NCBI GenBank assembly: GCA_046563655.1
Contig: CM102284.1
Location: 2,542,001 to 2,606,000 of the forward strand
From: Yuukianura sp. NJ FZ-2021
Lineage: Eukaryota
Length of the DNA: 64,000 bases
Direction of reading: 5' to 3'
Shown here: positions 35,641-50,600 of the stretch, piece after piece
Position numbering within the stretch: position 1 is the first letter of the stretch
How the letters are laid out: every line of letters starts with the position of its first letter
Program-made: the position numbers and the translations under genes
Notes under the pieces: model-generated
Databases searched by the model: none
What the model saw: only the letters and a program-made list of their open reading frames with translations
What the model was told of the DNA's origin: nothing

Positions 35641-38600
35641 TTACAGTACTTTAGAATTCAAAGTAAAAAACCCAGCCAATGATGAAGGTTCTGGTGGTGA
35701 AACTCGCTTTCGGGTATTATCGAGTTGAAGCTTATTGAGACTACTGTAGTCTCCACTGTATGCACTTGACTGGCGCTGCAAACCTGCACTCCTAACGCTA
35801 TGTAAAAAACAATATATACATCTCAATTTTTTTTCAAAAATTCAGGCTCAACAGTCTGTCTACCAATGCCTACCTTCCTGTCCTATCTGCGGAATTTGGC
35901 AATCCGTAAAACCCAGACAATCCGTTGTTTGCAGAATATTCCAAAGGCGAATTCTTCAATTGCGCTGTGCGTTTGGCGTTGAACATCAGAAAAGGGTTTG
36001 AATATACGAAATTCGAAGATTGTTGAGTAGCATCTACAACTACAGAGTCTTCCAATGACTCTGGCCCTAGGACGGGAGCAATCGGAATTCCATAAATTGG
36101 TTTCGGTTTCTCAGGGGTATCGTTGAGGGGTTCAGAGGCCAATGGCTGATCGGTATGCGGTTGCACAGGCGTATTATAAACATAACCTGTGCGTGGTTGA
36201 GCTCCGTCGTCAGTTCGTGCAAGCTCCTGTTGATTCGAGGTTGCAGTAGTCTGAATTTTATTTGGCGGGAAAATGGGGCTAGCTTCAACTGTATTTCCGG
36301 TTGCAGGTGATTTGTACCCGGCAGAATTTAAAATCGGTCCATTCGTCTCTTCTGAATTTTGAGCATTTCTGAAGTCGGCTTCCGTAACGATGACATTGTT
36401 GCTGAAACCATTTCCGGCTCCCGCCGGTTGTTCATGAATTACGATAGTTCGAGTTACAACATTTGGATTTGCATCTACTGTTCCACCGATGGGATAAGCT
36501 CCACTAAAAGGGACTGTGTTGATAGTTGCATACTCTTGTTTTCCAGTGTCGATCCCAACATCAATCATTGGACTAGTTTCGAAACGCGGGAAATTATTTA
36601 CATTTCCCGGTGTATTATACGGAGCTGCTTCATTTTGACTTTGAGAGTACAAGATTTGCGAATTTTTCTCTGCTACTAAATTGGAATTTTCAGGAGCAGT
36701 TGGCTGTGGTACAGAATTTTTCAACCGTGACCCCGATGACCTTTCCTTTCCAAGACCGTAACCTCCTGGATTTTGAGAAGTTGAGGTTGGTCGGAATCCA
36801 AAGTCTGGTTTTGGTTCGAGTGGAGTGCTGGAGGTTTCTGGAGAAAATCGGGGTTGCTGGCTGGCTGGTGGAGAGCGATAGATCCATGAAGGTTCAAAAA
36901 TCGGAGAATGCTGGGTAGTGATTGGCTGACGCTGAAATTGTTGTAGAGGTTGCTGTACATTGTGGTTGACTTGGTTTTGCGGGAACCGTTGCTGTTGTGG
37001 AATGTTTGCAAAATTATTTAGTCTTTGGGGAATGTTGTTTGGAGAATTTGCGATCTGTGGGGGTAGGTACTGCTCATCACGTCTTGTCTCAATTGCGGGT
37101 GCCTGTTTCAAATCTGTTTTTGCTCCTTTCTCGTCAGTTGTTTCCACAAAGTGACCAGACAAAATCGCCGGCTGAAATTCAAGATTTGAATTTCCCGGAA
37201 AAGTTTTGCTTGTACGAAAAAATGAGTTTCCTGGACTCTTCACTAATGGTTGCCCCAGTGGCGCTAAACTTTGCAGTCTATCCCTGAAAACATTATTTTG
37301 CTGAGAAGATGGCTGTGACTGCTGCTCGGATGAAAAGTAACCGCCAAATCCATTTTGATTTTGACTTTTGGCTTTGCCGGTTCCGCTCAAATAAGATGGC
37401 TGCAACTGCACTTGACTCTGCGAGTAGCGTTGTAGAAAATTTCTTTGCTCTCTCTCATGATCTTCGATTATCTGTTGTACGCGCCCCAGAAGATTGGAAT
37501 CGACAATGTGATTCTCCAAACCTACAAGACTCATGTCATCTACAGAACCGGATCCTACAACGCCGTTGACTTCTTTAGGAGGGCCGTACATAACTCCAGC
37601 GGAAGTCGCTTGACTATCAGAAGCAGCAAACGGACTCGGATTTTGGCCTCCACTGAATGGCGACGGTTGTGGACGACTTTCGATGGAGGAAAGATAGCCT
37701 TGCCCTGCTGTAAAGGGTGGCTGACCTTGACCTGGTATGGGCTGTTGAGTTCGACTTGCAGGAAACAGCTGTTGTCCTGGGCTTGCGGCAAGTTGTTGCT
37801 GGCCTTGTCCAGCAGTAAAATACTGCTGACCTTGACCTCCAAAATATGATGATTGGCCCTGCGAATCAGCTAGTTGCCCTTGACCTCTAGACGGCACTTG
37901 CTGTTGACCAGCAGGATCTGGTTGACCTTGAAATTTAGCAAAGTCAGATTGACTTTGACCTCCTTCAAAAATTCGATGGCGGTGCATTTGGAATCCAGGT
38001 TGATAAGAGTAGCCTCCATGTGTAGAAGGCTGTGGAGTATTTCGACTTGGCCCGAATTCCCGGACAATCTCTTCTCGAATTTCCATTGGTTGACGATACT
38101 ATGACAAACATCAAAAATTTTCAAAAATGAAAGTGGCTTTTTAAACATTGTTTTTTTTTTTCGTTTTTAAGCTTACTAGGGCATTTGGTTTTGATGGATA
38201 CATCGATCTTTCTGGCTGTTCGTGAGTAGCCGGTTGAACAGAGTACACCCTCGGAACGTCATTATTCTCAAAAATTTGATTCACGCTCTCAAATTTTTGC
38301 ATCTGCTCACTCGCAAAATTTCTTTCTGATTGAAAACTCGTTCTACCTTGACCGCTATCCGTCTCTCCACTAGTAGAATAGCCTCCATAAACTTGTATCA
38401 TGTTTTGACCTGGGTCAGTTTGAGTTCCACTCGGAATAGGTGCAACAGTGGTACTTGGCTGCACGGTTACCAATTCCTCGGCAGTGGTACTTGAAGGGCT
38501 CTCTTCAGCTTCGACTACTGCAGTCTCTTCATCATCAGCTCCAACTCGAACCACATTCTCCGGCTCAGACGAGGATTCCGATATACCAGTGATGCTCAGT

Positions 38601-39899
38601 TCAGTGGTGGCTACTTCACTGTCAGAATTTTCACTCTCGGATTCATTTTCGTCTTTCTGCGCCAGTGCTGGATCGCTGGACCTCGGCAGAGAATATAACG
38701 CTGGTAGGTCAGGTTTAGGATCTCGAACGGACGGTTGCGGTAGTGCTGATTCACGGCCTTGCAGTGAATTGGCGTAGCCCTGACGACGTGGTCGCTCAGG
38801 ACGACGTTGAGAATAGCTTCCTTCAATTAGGATCAATAGAAGGCACACTGAGATCTGTAGATTGATAAACAAAAACAATTGGTGCAATCAGAGGTTAGTT
38901 TTCAATCGAATTGCTGCTGGCAATAAATCAAGGATTATGAAAGTGTGTACTTTACATATCTTTTCTTGACTCAATTCATCAAGCAGTGACAAAAAGTTTT
39001 CGAATTTTGATATGACCAAAGTGGAGCCAAACTAAAAATAAGATACTCATTTATTAAATGAGTATCTTCTTTTTGAAATTTTATATTTAACTTCCACTTT
39101 CTTCCAAGAAATTTTCTCTCATTAAGCTTGGAAACACGCATAAAAATGTCAAACTTATAGAAATCGCAATAAGTAAATCATGACTTAAATTACGGACAAA
39201 ACTCTTTTGAACGTGGTCATGCATTGAAAACAAAACATGAAAGTAAAAGTTTCATGTAGAGTTGACAATCGGAAGTTTTTGCATGGTAATAAATACTCAG
39301 ATTTGCTCAAAATTCAAAATACGACTTTGAACTTTCGGCTTGAGCGCTTTGTGTACTTAGGTATATATTATGGCCTTAACACATTAAACTTTAGTGCTTT
39401 CCAAAAATTTGACATATACTGAAGACGTTTATAACAAACTTTATTAGAACAAAGAATTGTCATAAATTCTTGGATTATTTATTTTCACAAGTTAGAGCTA
39501 AAAGTAGAATGGGAAATTCTCTAATTCAATTATGACGAAAACAAAATATTTCAAAACAAACTGGATAAATTTGAATACGTCTTTTTGGCAAATGTTTTTC
39601 CGTGGTAATCAAACTTTATGTGATTCTTTGGCTTCGAGTTAAGCCCAAACTAGGAACTGGTTGCAAAATATACTTCAATTAATTCTTCAGTTTTACGTCA
39701 TAGTAATTCACTACGAGATTTATTGCATATGGCATTGAAATAGCAAATTTTAAATGTTTTCTGGAAAAGTTTCTTTTAAACTTTCTTTCTTAGAGTTTCA
39801 AGTTTTAAATTTCGGTTTTACGTCACTGACTTTGATCAAACAAAACGTGTGATTGTTTTCCAACAATTCAAAACCTACATGACAATGCGCATGTGCCAT
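35641..39899 (-). CDS. Secreted low-complexity Q/S/P/G-rich protein (cuticle/extracellular-matrix-like), ~1000 aa; exons ~39879..39899, 38177..38854, 35874..38098, 35641..35797
   Basis: Signal peptide ISVCLLLILIEGSYS; in-frame GT-AG junctions; GQGQ repeats and YGPP/YLPP motifs. The first and last small exons are inferred; if unspliced, the stop is at 35870. Confidence 0.7.
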
Positions 39900-40232
39900 T
39901 GTACATTATTGAATTCCACTCACGGTGAGCTCTGACAGGATTAGGCGCATCTTGTTTGAATTCACTTTCAAACAAAAAGCAAATCAACGCAGAAAGTGCT
40001 TCGTCACGATGACCAAAGGTGTGAATTTTGTCACTTCAGTTCAGATCCAAATTGGAGACAGAAATAGCACACTACGCGGAACGCCTGAGCAGGAAGTGAA
40101 AGTTATGAAGATGATTTCTGTCCACTCTATTTGGCGGAAAATTTGATTCTTGAGCTTAACGCTTGAACAGAGGATCCCTTCCTAGGCGCAGTTAGAGTAA
40201 CTACTGACGAGCCTTTTCTTAGTTGTGGGTCC

Positions 40233-40239
40233 ATTTATA
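40233..40239 (-). promoter_or_regulatory. TATA box for the low-complexity secreted protein gene
   Basis: Minus-strand TATAAAT with an arthropod initiator-like TCAGT about 32 bp downstream (40207-40203). Confidence 0.55.
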
Positions 40240-43200
40240 CTCTCCCACGGTTTATGAAGTGATTGAGCTTGGACTGAACCACTACAGAAATGTGATTAGT
40301 CTTTGCGCAGGAGCAAAACATGCTGTCACCTCATCGTCCGGACCAAAAGTTACAAACCGAGCGGGGCGGCAAAAAGAAACATTTTAAACATTTTTTAGTT
40401 TCGAAGCAATTATAAATATGTCTCCTTTCATGGACAACTTCAAGCTGCGATATGACTACTCAAACTTAAAAATCGAACATTGGTAACAAAAAGTATCCAA
40501 ATATTTGGATAAAATATTTTCATTTATAACCTCATGAAACAACACAAATAAAACCGAAATTTTTAAACGTAGTTAGCAGTTTTCTAAATTTTTCATATTT
40601 TTGGTGCGATTTCGAAACATAATACATAATAATTAGTGATCAACCAATTACACATTAAGAAATTATGCCTCGAGACGATGCCATTTACTCTAATTGAAAC
40701 CGTCATGTTATTGTGGCGGTAAATTTCGGAAGTAAAAAAAAAGGAAATTTGTAACTTCAAATGCACTTCATTAGAGGACAGCGGGATATGTACATTTCCT
40801 TTGTTTAAAACTGAACAAAAATACATAAGTGTATAAGAAGTATTGATGGCAGATAGGGTTTTTTGGGAATCAAAATCAATTCTTATTATTCAATCATTCA
40901 CACATTGTTATACCATTCTCGTGCATTTGTCTTTCACTATGTCGTAACTCCCTTACATAACCTAATTTCCTTTTTCACTTTGTTTGACCTTCCTGATAAA
41001 AATGAAAGCATACCAAGAAAACGCAGTCGACAAAAACAGTTTTAAACAACGTTTTTCTTCGTTTCCTTATTGTTTCTTTTTAGTTCACACCTTAGCCTCG
41101 CCAGGCAATGAAAAAACAAACCGGACTTTGTCGGAGACGATTTTTGATCGTTTGTTTTTGAAAATTTTGAAGACAGCAATTTTGAAGGAGTTTACGAATC
41201 ATCTTGAGAAAATGGAATCTTGGCAATCATGGATTGTACGCCGATGCCTCATGGTGATAATTTTGCTGTTGATGAGGTAAACAATAGAGGATGCGGGCTA
41301 GATGCAGTTCTCTTTGCTTCAATTAATGGTCGAGTCCTTCAGGATCATCATGTTCAGTGTGACCTGAGGCCTTCAAATAGACACACTCATCTTCCAATTT
41401 GAAGTGTTTTGACAACACCTTTCAAATTTGATTTTGATTAAACTCAAGGAAACCAATTCAAAATCAATCCAATTTTGGACAGATTCAAGATCCAAATTCC
41501 GTTAACGCTGAGGTTTCTACAATCATAAGCTGTTTCATAGAGTCAACAATGGGGAGGCGTTGGGGAAAAAAAATTAATAGCTCTGCCTAATGAGATTGGA
41601 TGAGGATTCTGCGCATATGAAAGTGAAATGAAAGTGGACTCTGCAGATGATTTTTTGATAGTATGCACATCGACTGATCATCTTTAGTTGATTATTGGTC
41701 ACAGAGACGATGGGATGCGCAGATTTTGAATTTGGAATATGATGGAAGATGGATTGTGCAGTGTTGCACATGATGTGTTGCGTCCAATATTCTGCATTAG
41801 ATGGGAAAGCTTGCAAGAGCATCGTCGCTACAGCAGAAACAAAGTTAGTTCATCAAAGTACGACAAAAATTAAAAACCAACCCGAACAACGGAAGTAACA
41901 TTTTCATCAGCGAAATCCAAAGGATGTAAAATATAAGATTTGAAGCAAAAACGAAGCATTTATAACCGCATGCATAACCAGCACAAAATTGAAAAAAAAA
42001 ACTCAAATTATGTACAATACGCACAAATTCAAAATCATAAACAGGTTAGCTTCACATCAAAGTAGCTTTGGAAAAAGTTTTATTAATTAGTACTGCTTAC
42101 AACAATAGATGCACTTTTATTGCTGCACTTTAATTGCTTTTTCAAATGGATCTTTGAATGTTTCGTTGACATATTGCATGGCGCCTAAGAAAATTAAAAA
42201 TTATACGTTCATCCCTGTATGCTGCAACCACATGAAAAGATTTCAGTAATAATCCTGTGATACAGTTTTGTTCCAACCCTACAGTAATTAATCTTGTGAC
42301 AAATTTTTATACTAGAGAAACAAAGTGAGGCGGGAAGATTCGAAAAAAGATTAGATTTCATAAATTGACAACAATTGTCCAACAATTAAAAAAGTTTGCT
42401 CAGATAAGCTTAAGACACTAACTTTACTCTTGTTTAGGTGTTGCGACACAGCTTAAGCAGAGGCAGGTCCGAAGTTGCGCAACATGTAATTTTGAGAAGT
42501 TTGAAACTGTGTTTATTTTCCTGCACCTCTGTTTGGTTATGTGTGGGAGTAATGAAAAAACACCCCAAGGAATGCGCATGCGCTTGCTGTCCATTAGTTG
42601 TTGTATTTTGATTGATGAACGAGAGTTTAATGGACTTTCGTATGACAGGTAGGATGTATCATTGAAGCAAATCGATTAAATTCGGGCTTAATGCTGTAGA
42701 ATGTAATGCAATACCTCTGAAGTTATGATCATGCCTAATTGCTTAGAACAGAAACAATTGAAATTGGACTATGAAGCTTGGGATGTTGAAAGGTTCGGGA
42801 GGTAACCAAAATATAAAAATAAAATGCCGTTCTTTCACTTTCCATAAGCTGCAGGAGGTACACGTAATGACCTCAAATATTATTTGTTATGCATCTGGAC
42901 TCATTTCTAGCATTGGAAACACTGACCTCCTACTGGGTGTGAAACATGCTTTGAAAAACACGAATTCACTTTCCGGCGTGTCACAATTTAAATATTTGAA
43001 TTAGTCCGCCAAAATTGTTTATTTTTCTAATTTACTGTAATACTATATAAGGTTATGTTGGACCTTTAAAAACTGATATTACGTTGTCTCGAGTACGTCT
43101 ATAAACCAAAAGTGATGTTAAACTGGTGCTAAACTTTGCATTTTTGTGATGAAATCAAACTTTGTTTTAAAGACTACTCGACACCATCCTAGATCCTAAT

Positions 43201-44030
43201 AACAGCCTTGTTAGCGTCGGAAGAATCGACAGAGAGTGTCATTGAAGTGCATACTTGACGCCACAAAAATGAAGTGGGAATTACGTTGCAAAAATTTAAA
43301 TTACAAAATTGGATCAAATGGAAACAGCGAAAGCTTGATAGCGAAAAAAATTGTTAAAACAATAACGTTTAATTTGTGTACATACCAAAAATTTATACAT
43401 AAGATCAAAACACACAACAAAAATGCCGGTAATTTAAGAATCTTAATATCAGAAACGCAAATGTAAGATGTAAAAACGAAGATGTAACTGGTTTGGTTTG
43501 AATTGTTTAATTTGAAAAAATTACAAAATATTTTCAAAGCTACCTCTACATTCTAATGCAGCTTTGAACGATACGGATATCCTGCTTCAGAATTTAGTAC
43601 TAAAATTAGTCTTTAATTTTTTTTTGTGTAGTTTAGTCAGTTTTACAAATTTAGTCATTGACTTCAATATATTGCTGTGTCTCTGGCACAACGTATTTAT
43701 AGAAAAACGGATAACTTCTTGCATTCTCCAGCTTTAGTTCGTGGTAACTGCTATGCATGTACGGCTCTCGTTTCAGAACTCCGCCTAAGCGTCCAACCAA
43801 AGGGAGCTCCGGCGGAGACATACTTCGGTGGTGATCACACGTCAGATATTCAGATCCAACTTTTCGGACGTGTCGCAAAATCTTAAGTTTTGGAAACATG
43901 TTAATGATTTGTACCAGTTCTTCTGAATTGCATTCACTTGCCATCGAAATCACAAGTGTTTTGAGCTGCCGAATTTGGATAGGAAATCCATTCACGTTTT
44001 TTCCTGGAAATATCTGACGAAAGTGCAGTA

Positions 44031-45597
44031 GGGGAGGATGGGGGCAAGTGAATCACTTTTCGTTAGCAATTTTCTGTACTGAACACCGATAAGTTTTTTA
44101 GAAAAGTAGCAACGCTAACCATAAGCTACAACATTTTAGCACAACTCTAGCATTTTTTGACCTTTTGACTTTCTATACTAAGGTCACAGGAACAATGTTT
44201 TTAAAACCTTACAAGTGATTCACTTGCCCCCATAGGTGGGGGTCAAGTGAATCATGATATGGGGTCAGGTGAATCACTTTTATTGTTGTTTAAAAAACGT
44301 TAAATTACTATTAAAATCTCAACAAAAATGAACAGAATTATTAGTGGAAAACAAGTTTGGTTCTTTTTGGCCTCAGAGAAGTTGATTGGTCAAATTTCGA
44401 CACAGTTTTACGGCATTTTCTACGCGTTTTGGAGTCGCAGGATTCTTTCTGGTGTTTTTAGCGTGCTAATTAGATTTATTTAGATTATTTAGACCCATTC
44501 GAATTTCCGATGCTGCCAAGTGGACTGCCAGTCAAAAAGTGATTGTAAAATTTCTTCCGGGGAAAAATAAACATTGGCAGAATCGAGTTTCCAATTGCAT
44601 TGGCGGCGAATACAACTGTGACTAGAGTGCCGCTTTCAGCTGATGTCATTGCCCCAACTAACTTCACGCTTTCTGAGGCAATCACTTTCACGGTATCCGC
44701 GACAGTCGTAACTCCCGTCTCATCCACGTTGTAAATCGATTGTGGCTGAAAATTGTACCTGTCCAGGACTTCCGCAAGTTGGGTAAAAAATGTCGTTAGG
44801 CTATTCTTATTGAAACTGGTACCTCTAGCTAAACTTGTGGCTTCTGGCTTACGAACTGACAGCGTTGGATGTCTTCGCATGAATCCTAATAAATACCATT
44901 CTTGTCCCGCTTGTAAATTTGTATCCAATTCTGGTGGATGTTTTATTTCTTTTTTTTTTTTTCGCAAATTCATTGCTTGCGACATTCCAGTGAAGTTAAG
45001 CCAAAATAAACAAAACGACGAAGCGTGCTGTTGGGAATATTGTTCAGCGCTGCCACTTTCCTGATGCCTTTCCCGTTAAGAACTTGCTCTCCAGCAAGTT
45101 CCATGACCTTCTGCTCAATCCCCCAGGTAGTTTTTTTTAAACGTTTTCGAGGCATCGTTCTGCAAATATGAAGAGAAGGTGATTCACTTGCCCCCTAACC
45201 GAGTGATTCACTTGACCCCATACCGCTTTTTTTAAAACAATTGCTTAGTGTGGGTTGACCTTGTACAAATACTTTGACCTCAAGGTCAAAGTTTGCGTTA
45301 AACTGTCTAATACAAATAATCACTTACCTAATGTTTCGGTTTAGACGTCACCAATTGTAAAATCAACGACCAAGTGTCAATGGAAAATTTTTACTTTTGC
45401 TGAATATTTGTGAATTTTTTTTTTAAATTAAGCTCATCGACAACAACGACATGAAACTGGGTTTCTATGATTTGCCGCATGAAGTTAACAATTGGGATCA
45501 TCTATAATTGATTTTTACAGAATTTTAGTGATGCACTAAATAAAGTTATTGCGAGTGATTCCCCTGACCCCATGATTCACTTGCCCCCATCCTCCCC
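44031..45597 (-). mobile_element. pogo/Fot1-like (Tc1-mariner superfamily) DNA transposon, internally deleted, 1567 bp
   Basis: Perfect 25-bp TIRs ggggaggatgggggcaagtgaatca; TA duplicated at 44029-44030 and 45598-45599; several internal copies of the GTGAATCA motif. Confidence 0.93.
44485..45155 (-). pseudogene. Truncated, frameshifted pogo-type transposase
   Basis: HTH_psq-like GIRKVAALNNIPNSTLRR, CENP-B-like W..GFMRRHPTLSVRKPE, and the first catalytic motif YNVDETG..TV. The rest of the DDD domain is missing. Confidence 0.85.
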
Positions 45598-47612
45598 TAG
45601 TTCATATTGGAAAGGCACAAACACGAGTTCTAACGATTCTAGCAATGGTAGTACTGAAGAGAATTTGGCCTCGCCGCCCTAAAATTAGTTAAGGTTTGTT
45701 ATAATTTTGAAAAAATTAAAAGTGATTAAATATTTTCCGTAAGTTGTTTTTATCGCTTACATGAAACAGCGTACGAAGTTGCAGTATATCAGCTTCAAAG
45801 AACCGTTGCCCATCATAAGAAGTACGGCGCACAATTGAAAGAGATCGAAGTGTTGGGAGTTGAGGGAGTGCGTAGCTTGAATCGTCCGTATGGCACGAAA
45901 TGAACAACGTACAAGTCTGCAGCGTTTGTGCAAACATTTCGAGGTATTCTGAAATAGTTTCCTCAGTTACGTGATTTTTAGAAAAACAGTTTAGAACTAA
46001 ATGTGAAAGTGGTCTAGGAATGGCGGGTAACGAGATCCAGTTGAACAGGTCTGCACGAATTCCTTCTAACCGTCTAAACGCCTGCGGATTTGAATCGCAA
46101 ATTATTCGGAGTGCTTTCAACGCTAAGTTGGCCTTGTGAGGATCGTCTCGACAAAAATGGCGTTGATGGAAGGAAATCAAATCCAGAAAATGTATGTTTT
46201 GAAATTGGGTCAAAAAGTGGACGTAAGATCTTAAGCTCCACTGGAACGGGTACGCTTCATCCATCTAATTTATACGAAAAGGCGTTTTATTATTTAAGTC
46301 AGTTTTGTTGAATAGCTGAAACTACTTATTTGAGGCGAAAAAAAAACAATTACCAGGTCAACTGTGGAGTCATTGTAGGCAAAAACGTTGAACCCTAGAG
46401 TGTATAAGCTTGCTGGTACATATGTGTCAAGCTGAAGGTTCTGAACCCCGCTATCCGTTGAATTTACGAAAGCAATTGCCAATTTTTTGAGCCATTTCGT
46501 TTGTTCTAAAATGTTTTTCAAAAGATGCGCGTCTGACTTGGAAATCAACATCATTTCGATATTCAATTCGGTAACCAGGGCAAAATTTTTCAGCGGCCTC
46601 AAATAACATTTGAGTAATTGGTTGGCGTACAATCCAGAATTATTTTGATTAAAATAACGCCGGTAACAATCTTCCGGATTAATTGTGCGATAGTTTGTAT
46701 CCAGTAGCCAGGGCAGTTTAGGAAGTAAAGAAATTTTCAACCCATGCCGAAGGTGGTATTGTAGCGCAAATTTTAATAGGTGTGAAAAATCAGTAAGGGA
46801 AGATGGGTCATGCCTTAGGAAAACAGTTTTGTCAAACGAGAAACCAGCTACAGATGCCCACGATTTGCACACCAGTCTCGCTCTCTTCAACGTCTGAAGA
46901 TTAACGTACGAAAAAACAGCCATGAGCACCTATACACACAGCAATCACTCTTTATAAATACTGCGGTACATTGTAATAGTCTGGGCATTTCTAAGAACAC
47001 TACAAATCGTGACAAATATGGAATTCTTTTTCTTTTAAATTATATTCATAAGCGGAACATTTGTGCTCACCTCACAATTCAAAGTTGACCAAGACATACT
47101 TCAAAGTTAGGCTAACAGTCCACTAACTCAATTGTTCAAATCAAATGGCTAAACACGTTTAGTATAAAAAAAAAGAAGAGCGGTATTTAAATGGTCCGTA
47201 GGTAACTTTGACTATGAGAAATAGGATTTTTATATTTTAATTTGGAAGTAAGTGTACTTGACTTGTCCTTGTATTTATTTGACTTTGCAAAAAAAAAACT
47301 GAGAATCGACACATTTCATGTAGGATGGACTAAACCTTTGCAAAGACGGAAATCCGGGTACATGAATAAGGCCTTACTTATAAAATCTTGAATTGACACC
47401 AAAGAATGTATTCCATTCATGACTTCGACAGCTTTATGTCAAATAACTTTTATTTTTCTACCTCTAAGAAAATGGATTCGTATTAATGGATGGATTATGA
47501 TTATTAACTTAAGTTGGAAAAAAATGCTTCAGTTGTGTTCTTAAGATGCAGTTGAACTCGTGTTAAAGATGTTGCCGTATTAGGAATGTAAGGTTTTCTT
47601 TGTGATGTTCAA

Positions 47613-50600
47613 TCAACGCTTTGCTGCTGCTTTGGGACGGACTGTAAATTAAAAAAAAATTAATCGCTCAAGCAATTGTTCATAACGTTGAAACAGCGGC
47701 GTATAAGCTCTTATTTTTTTTTTTGTAATGAGCCATTACTTGCACATTCGCCACGATGGATGCTGATGTCGTCGACTGCAAAACCACCATTTGTTGCCAT
47801 TCCTTCCAAAATGAGTCTCCGAACTGTTGCGCTTCCAAAGGTCACTTGAGCCGGCCTCCACTCAGGTCGCACTGTGTCCAGGTCAACGGCAGTCAGATGC
47901 CAAATCTAAACATTAAGTACTTATATTGAGATTTGTTACTTTATTTCCTGATGTCATTAGTAAGTCGTATGTGCAGTAAGTTTTACTGTTAAACGGAGAG
48001 AAAATTACAGGTACCTGGTTGCCTTGCGATGTGTCATCTTGTGATGTATCTGTTGGAGCTGCATCGGAGGGCAATGTCAATATGCGTAGGAGCGTGGACT
48101 CACCTGCACCAAAAGCAGCATACCTGTCGAGAAAGTAAATCTTCATTGTGAAGTCATCATAATGTAATGTCAACAAAAAGATCATGATTTTCTAGTTAAC
48201 ATTTTTTTAAATGAAAGTGTGAAAGTGCGAGAATTAAATGAGGGAAGAACGTTTTAATTTGAAATTCAAAAGTTCCCGGCATTACCAAAATGAGAAACAG
48301 AGTTGCTCGTCTGGAGATGAGCTGGATAAGGGCGGAGAAATGAGTCGTACAGGCGTCCCTTCTGAATTTTGGCTGAAGATGTCAAAGTACGCATAGCCAA
48401 CTTAAAATCATATTTTTTATGATTTGAAATATCAAACTGCATGTACTATTTCGATCTTTAGTGTTTTTTTCTTAAAATTTTGAAGGCAACGGCCTCATTG
48501 GCCCCATGACCTAACCATACCTGGAGCTCCAAACGTTTTATCCGGCAGATTTGCAGGTCTTCTGGTGATGGTTGCCAGTTGCCATCGGTAGACGGGATCT
48601 GCAGAGACGTTTCTCCAATGGCACATGTCCTTTTCAAAAGAACACTCTCCCTCACTCACAAATGCACTCATCGGCATCGCTAATCAAAGAAAACTTCATT
48701 AGCACCATAAGATCACTTCAATCAATTAGGATCAAGGTGTTAAGTAATCTAAGATCAACCTATCCTGAAGCATTATTAAACTTAACCAAGCTTAAATACT
48801 ATCCAAAACCAAGGTGGGTAAACAAACAGATTGTTGATTGCTACAAGAGGTTATTCGTTAACTCGACGTTTTTTAATTTTGTTAAATAATTTGCAAAACT
48901 TGCTTCGCCATGCCTTTCTATGGTAATGATTTGTATGTAGTCTAATGGGAATTGGTTCAAAATTGGTTCAAAAAGTTGTTTTGACTCAATTTTTACAAAC
49001 GTCGGAGGTATCGAATAACCTCTTGTAGCATTACAATTGGTTGCTATAGCAACCTTGATCCAAAACAACTCAATTATGAGACCACTCTTTATGAAATATA
49101 CCTATGCAACTGCACTTTTGGTTGCAAATTATTAAGGAAAAGCCAACATGTTGCAAAAATTCCACTCTTTAAAGACACCGACTGAATTCACTCTGTATTG
49201 CGCAAATCTCAAGTCGGAACTCAAAGAACAAAGAAGACGCGTCTTCTTTGTTTTTGTTACAAATTATTGGTTAGGTAACGACAGGGCTAAAGGTGTTACA
49301 CACTTCATTATGTATCCATTGTGCCTTTTTAATTGAAATTTTAGCGCTGGTGGACAAGAGGACATACGTGACTTACTTGTACAGTCTCCTTCGAAGTACG
49401 CTATGTCATCAATCCCTACAAATCCATTAGCCCGACTTGATCCGTGGATTCCTTCAAAGATCACCTAGGAAATAACGTAAATAAAGTTTTAAAGAGTCTG
49501 CGCATGTGCAAGATATTTGAAACAGGATTTGCTCTGATAGATGAACGCTCCTGACATTTGCTCAGACGCTTTGTCTGATTATGAAGCATAGGCACTGCAC
49601 TGTAACGAACCTGAAACTGCTCCTTCTCCATGAGTCTCGCTTGGGCATACTTCCAGACCGGCGCTTGTTGGTTGTACAGGCGCCAAATTGGCGTAATTTG
49701 CTGAGCGACAGAAGTGATGTCATTTGAGGGTGATACGGATCGTGTGTAGACTTTTAAACCACCCAAACTCGGGCCACTGGTGTCAATAAATGGTTCGTTC
49801 ATGTAGTACCTTCAAAATTTTGAAAAATATTTTGAAAAACTGCGTTTCACCAGCATTTTTCAAAAATTTCTAAGGAATAGTTAGTACCAGAATGACAGAC
49901 ATCTCGGTTTATTGAACCCATTTAGAACAGGGGAGACCATCCAAGCCCTATCGCCAGCCCTTTGCACGCTCAATCCACTCAGCGTCATAAAATTTCCTAT
50001 GGAAAGTTTATTAACAAAAGTATTACAATTTTAAAGTTTACTCACTATAAGTGTATTTTGGTACGAATGTGCCAGAAATACATAAATTTATAACCGAATT
50101 ACATAAATTTGGGGGAAAACGGCATTTCATCCAAAAATATTAACCTAATTTATTTTTGTGAATGACTGAAATAAATTTCTCAAACGCAGATTTACAAGAG
50201 TAACGAATTTGAATCGAAAGTTAGACACGAAAACAAACACAAATATGCAGTACCTTTCAACGCCTACATTTAGCCACTTTCTGTCAATCATTTTCAAAAA
50301 AAGTGCACTGCAATGCAACGCTCTAATTGCCCAATTTGGAGATTCTCCACAAAAGACTTGAAAACTCAAGTGAGACAACTTTAAGTATTATAAGGACGCG
50401 AGTTCCTCTTTTTAATAACACACTCGACAAGGGACCATCTTTTGTCAACTCTGAAATTAATTTTTCGCTTCTAAGATTTAAGATTTCTAAAATTCCGGAA
50501 ATGGACTTAGTGCATGTGTCAAAATTAAAATTTAAAATGGCGTCCTACGAACCTGTAGGAGATCCTAATGTATGGTCTGACATGGGCGTCCGGGCGTTCT

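Larger units (their letters stand above)
43651..47097 (-). pseudogene. F-box/LRR-like gene with its last exon interrupted by a pogo-like transposon; exons 47071..47097, 46354..46929, 45761..46264, 45598..45678 + 43651..44028
   Basis: F-box LNCEVLMAVFSYVNLQTLKRARLVCKSW followed by LRR-like segments (LPQLPTLRSLSI, FPKLKIL). Removing the element and one TA restores the frame ...FQYEL-LHFRQIFPGKNVNGFP. Confidence 0.85.

Noticed and set aside
35995-38826. Many overlapping alternative-frame and antisense ORFs
   Set aside because: Shadow ORFs of the low-complexity gene.
41200-42960. Slightly GC-richer patches that look like decayed coding or TE sequence
   Set aside because: Only short ORFs with frequent stops; no recognisable motifs or termini.
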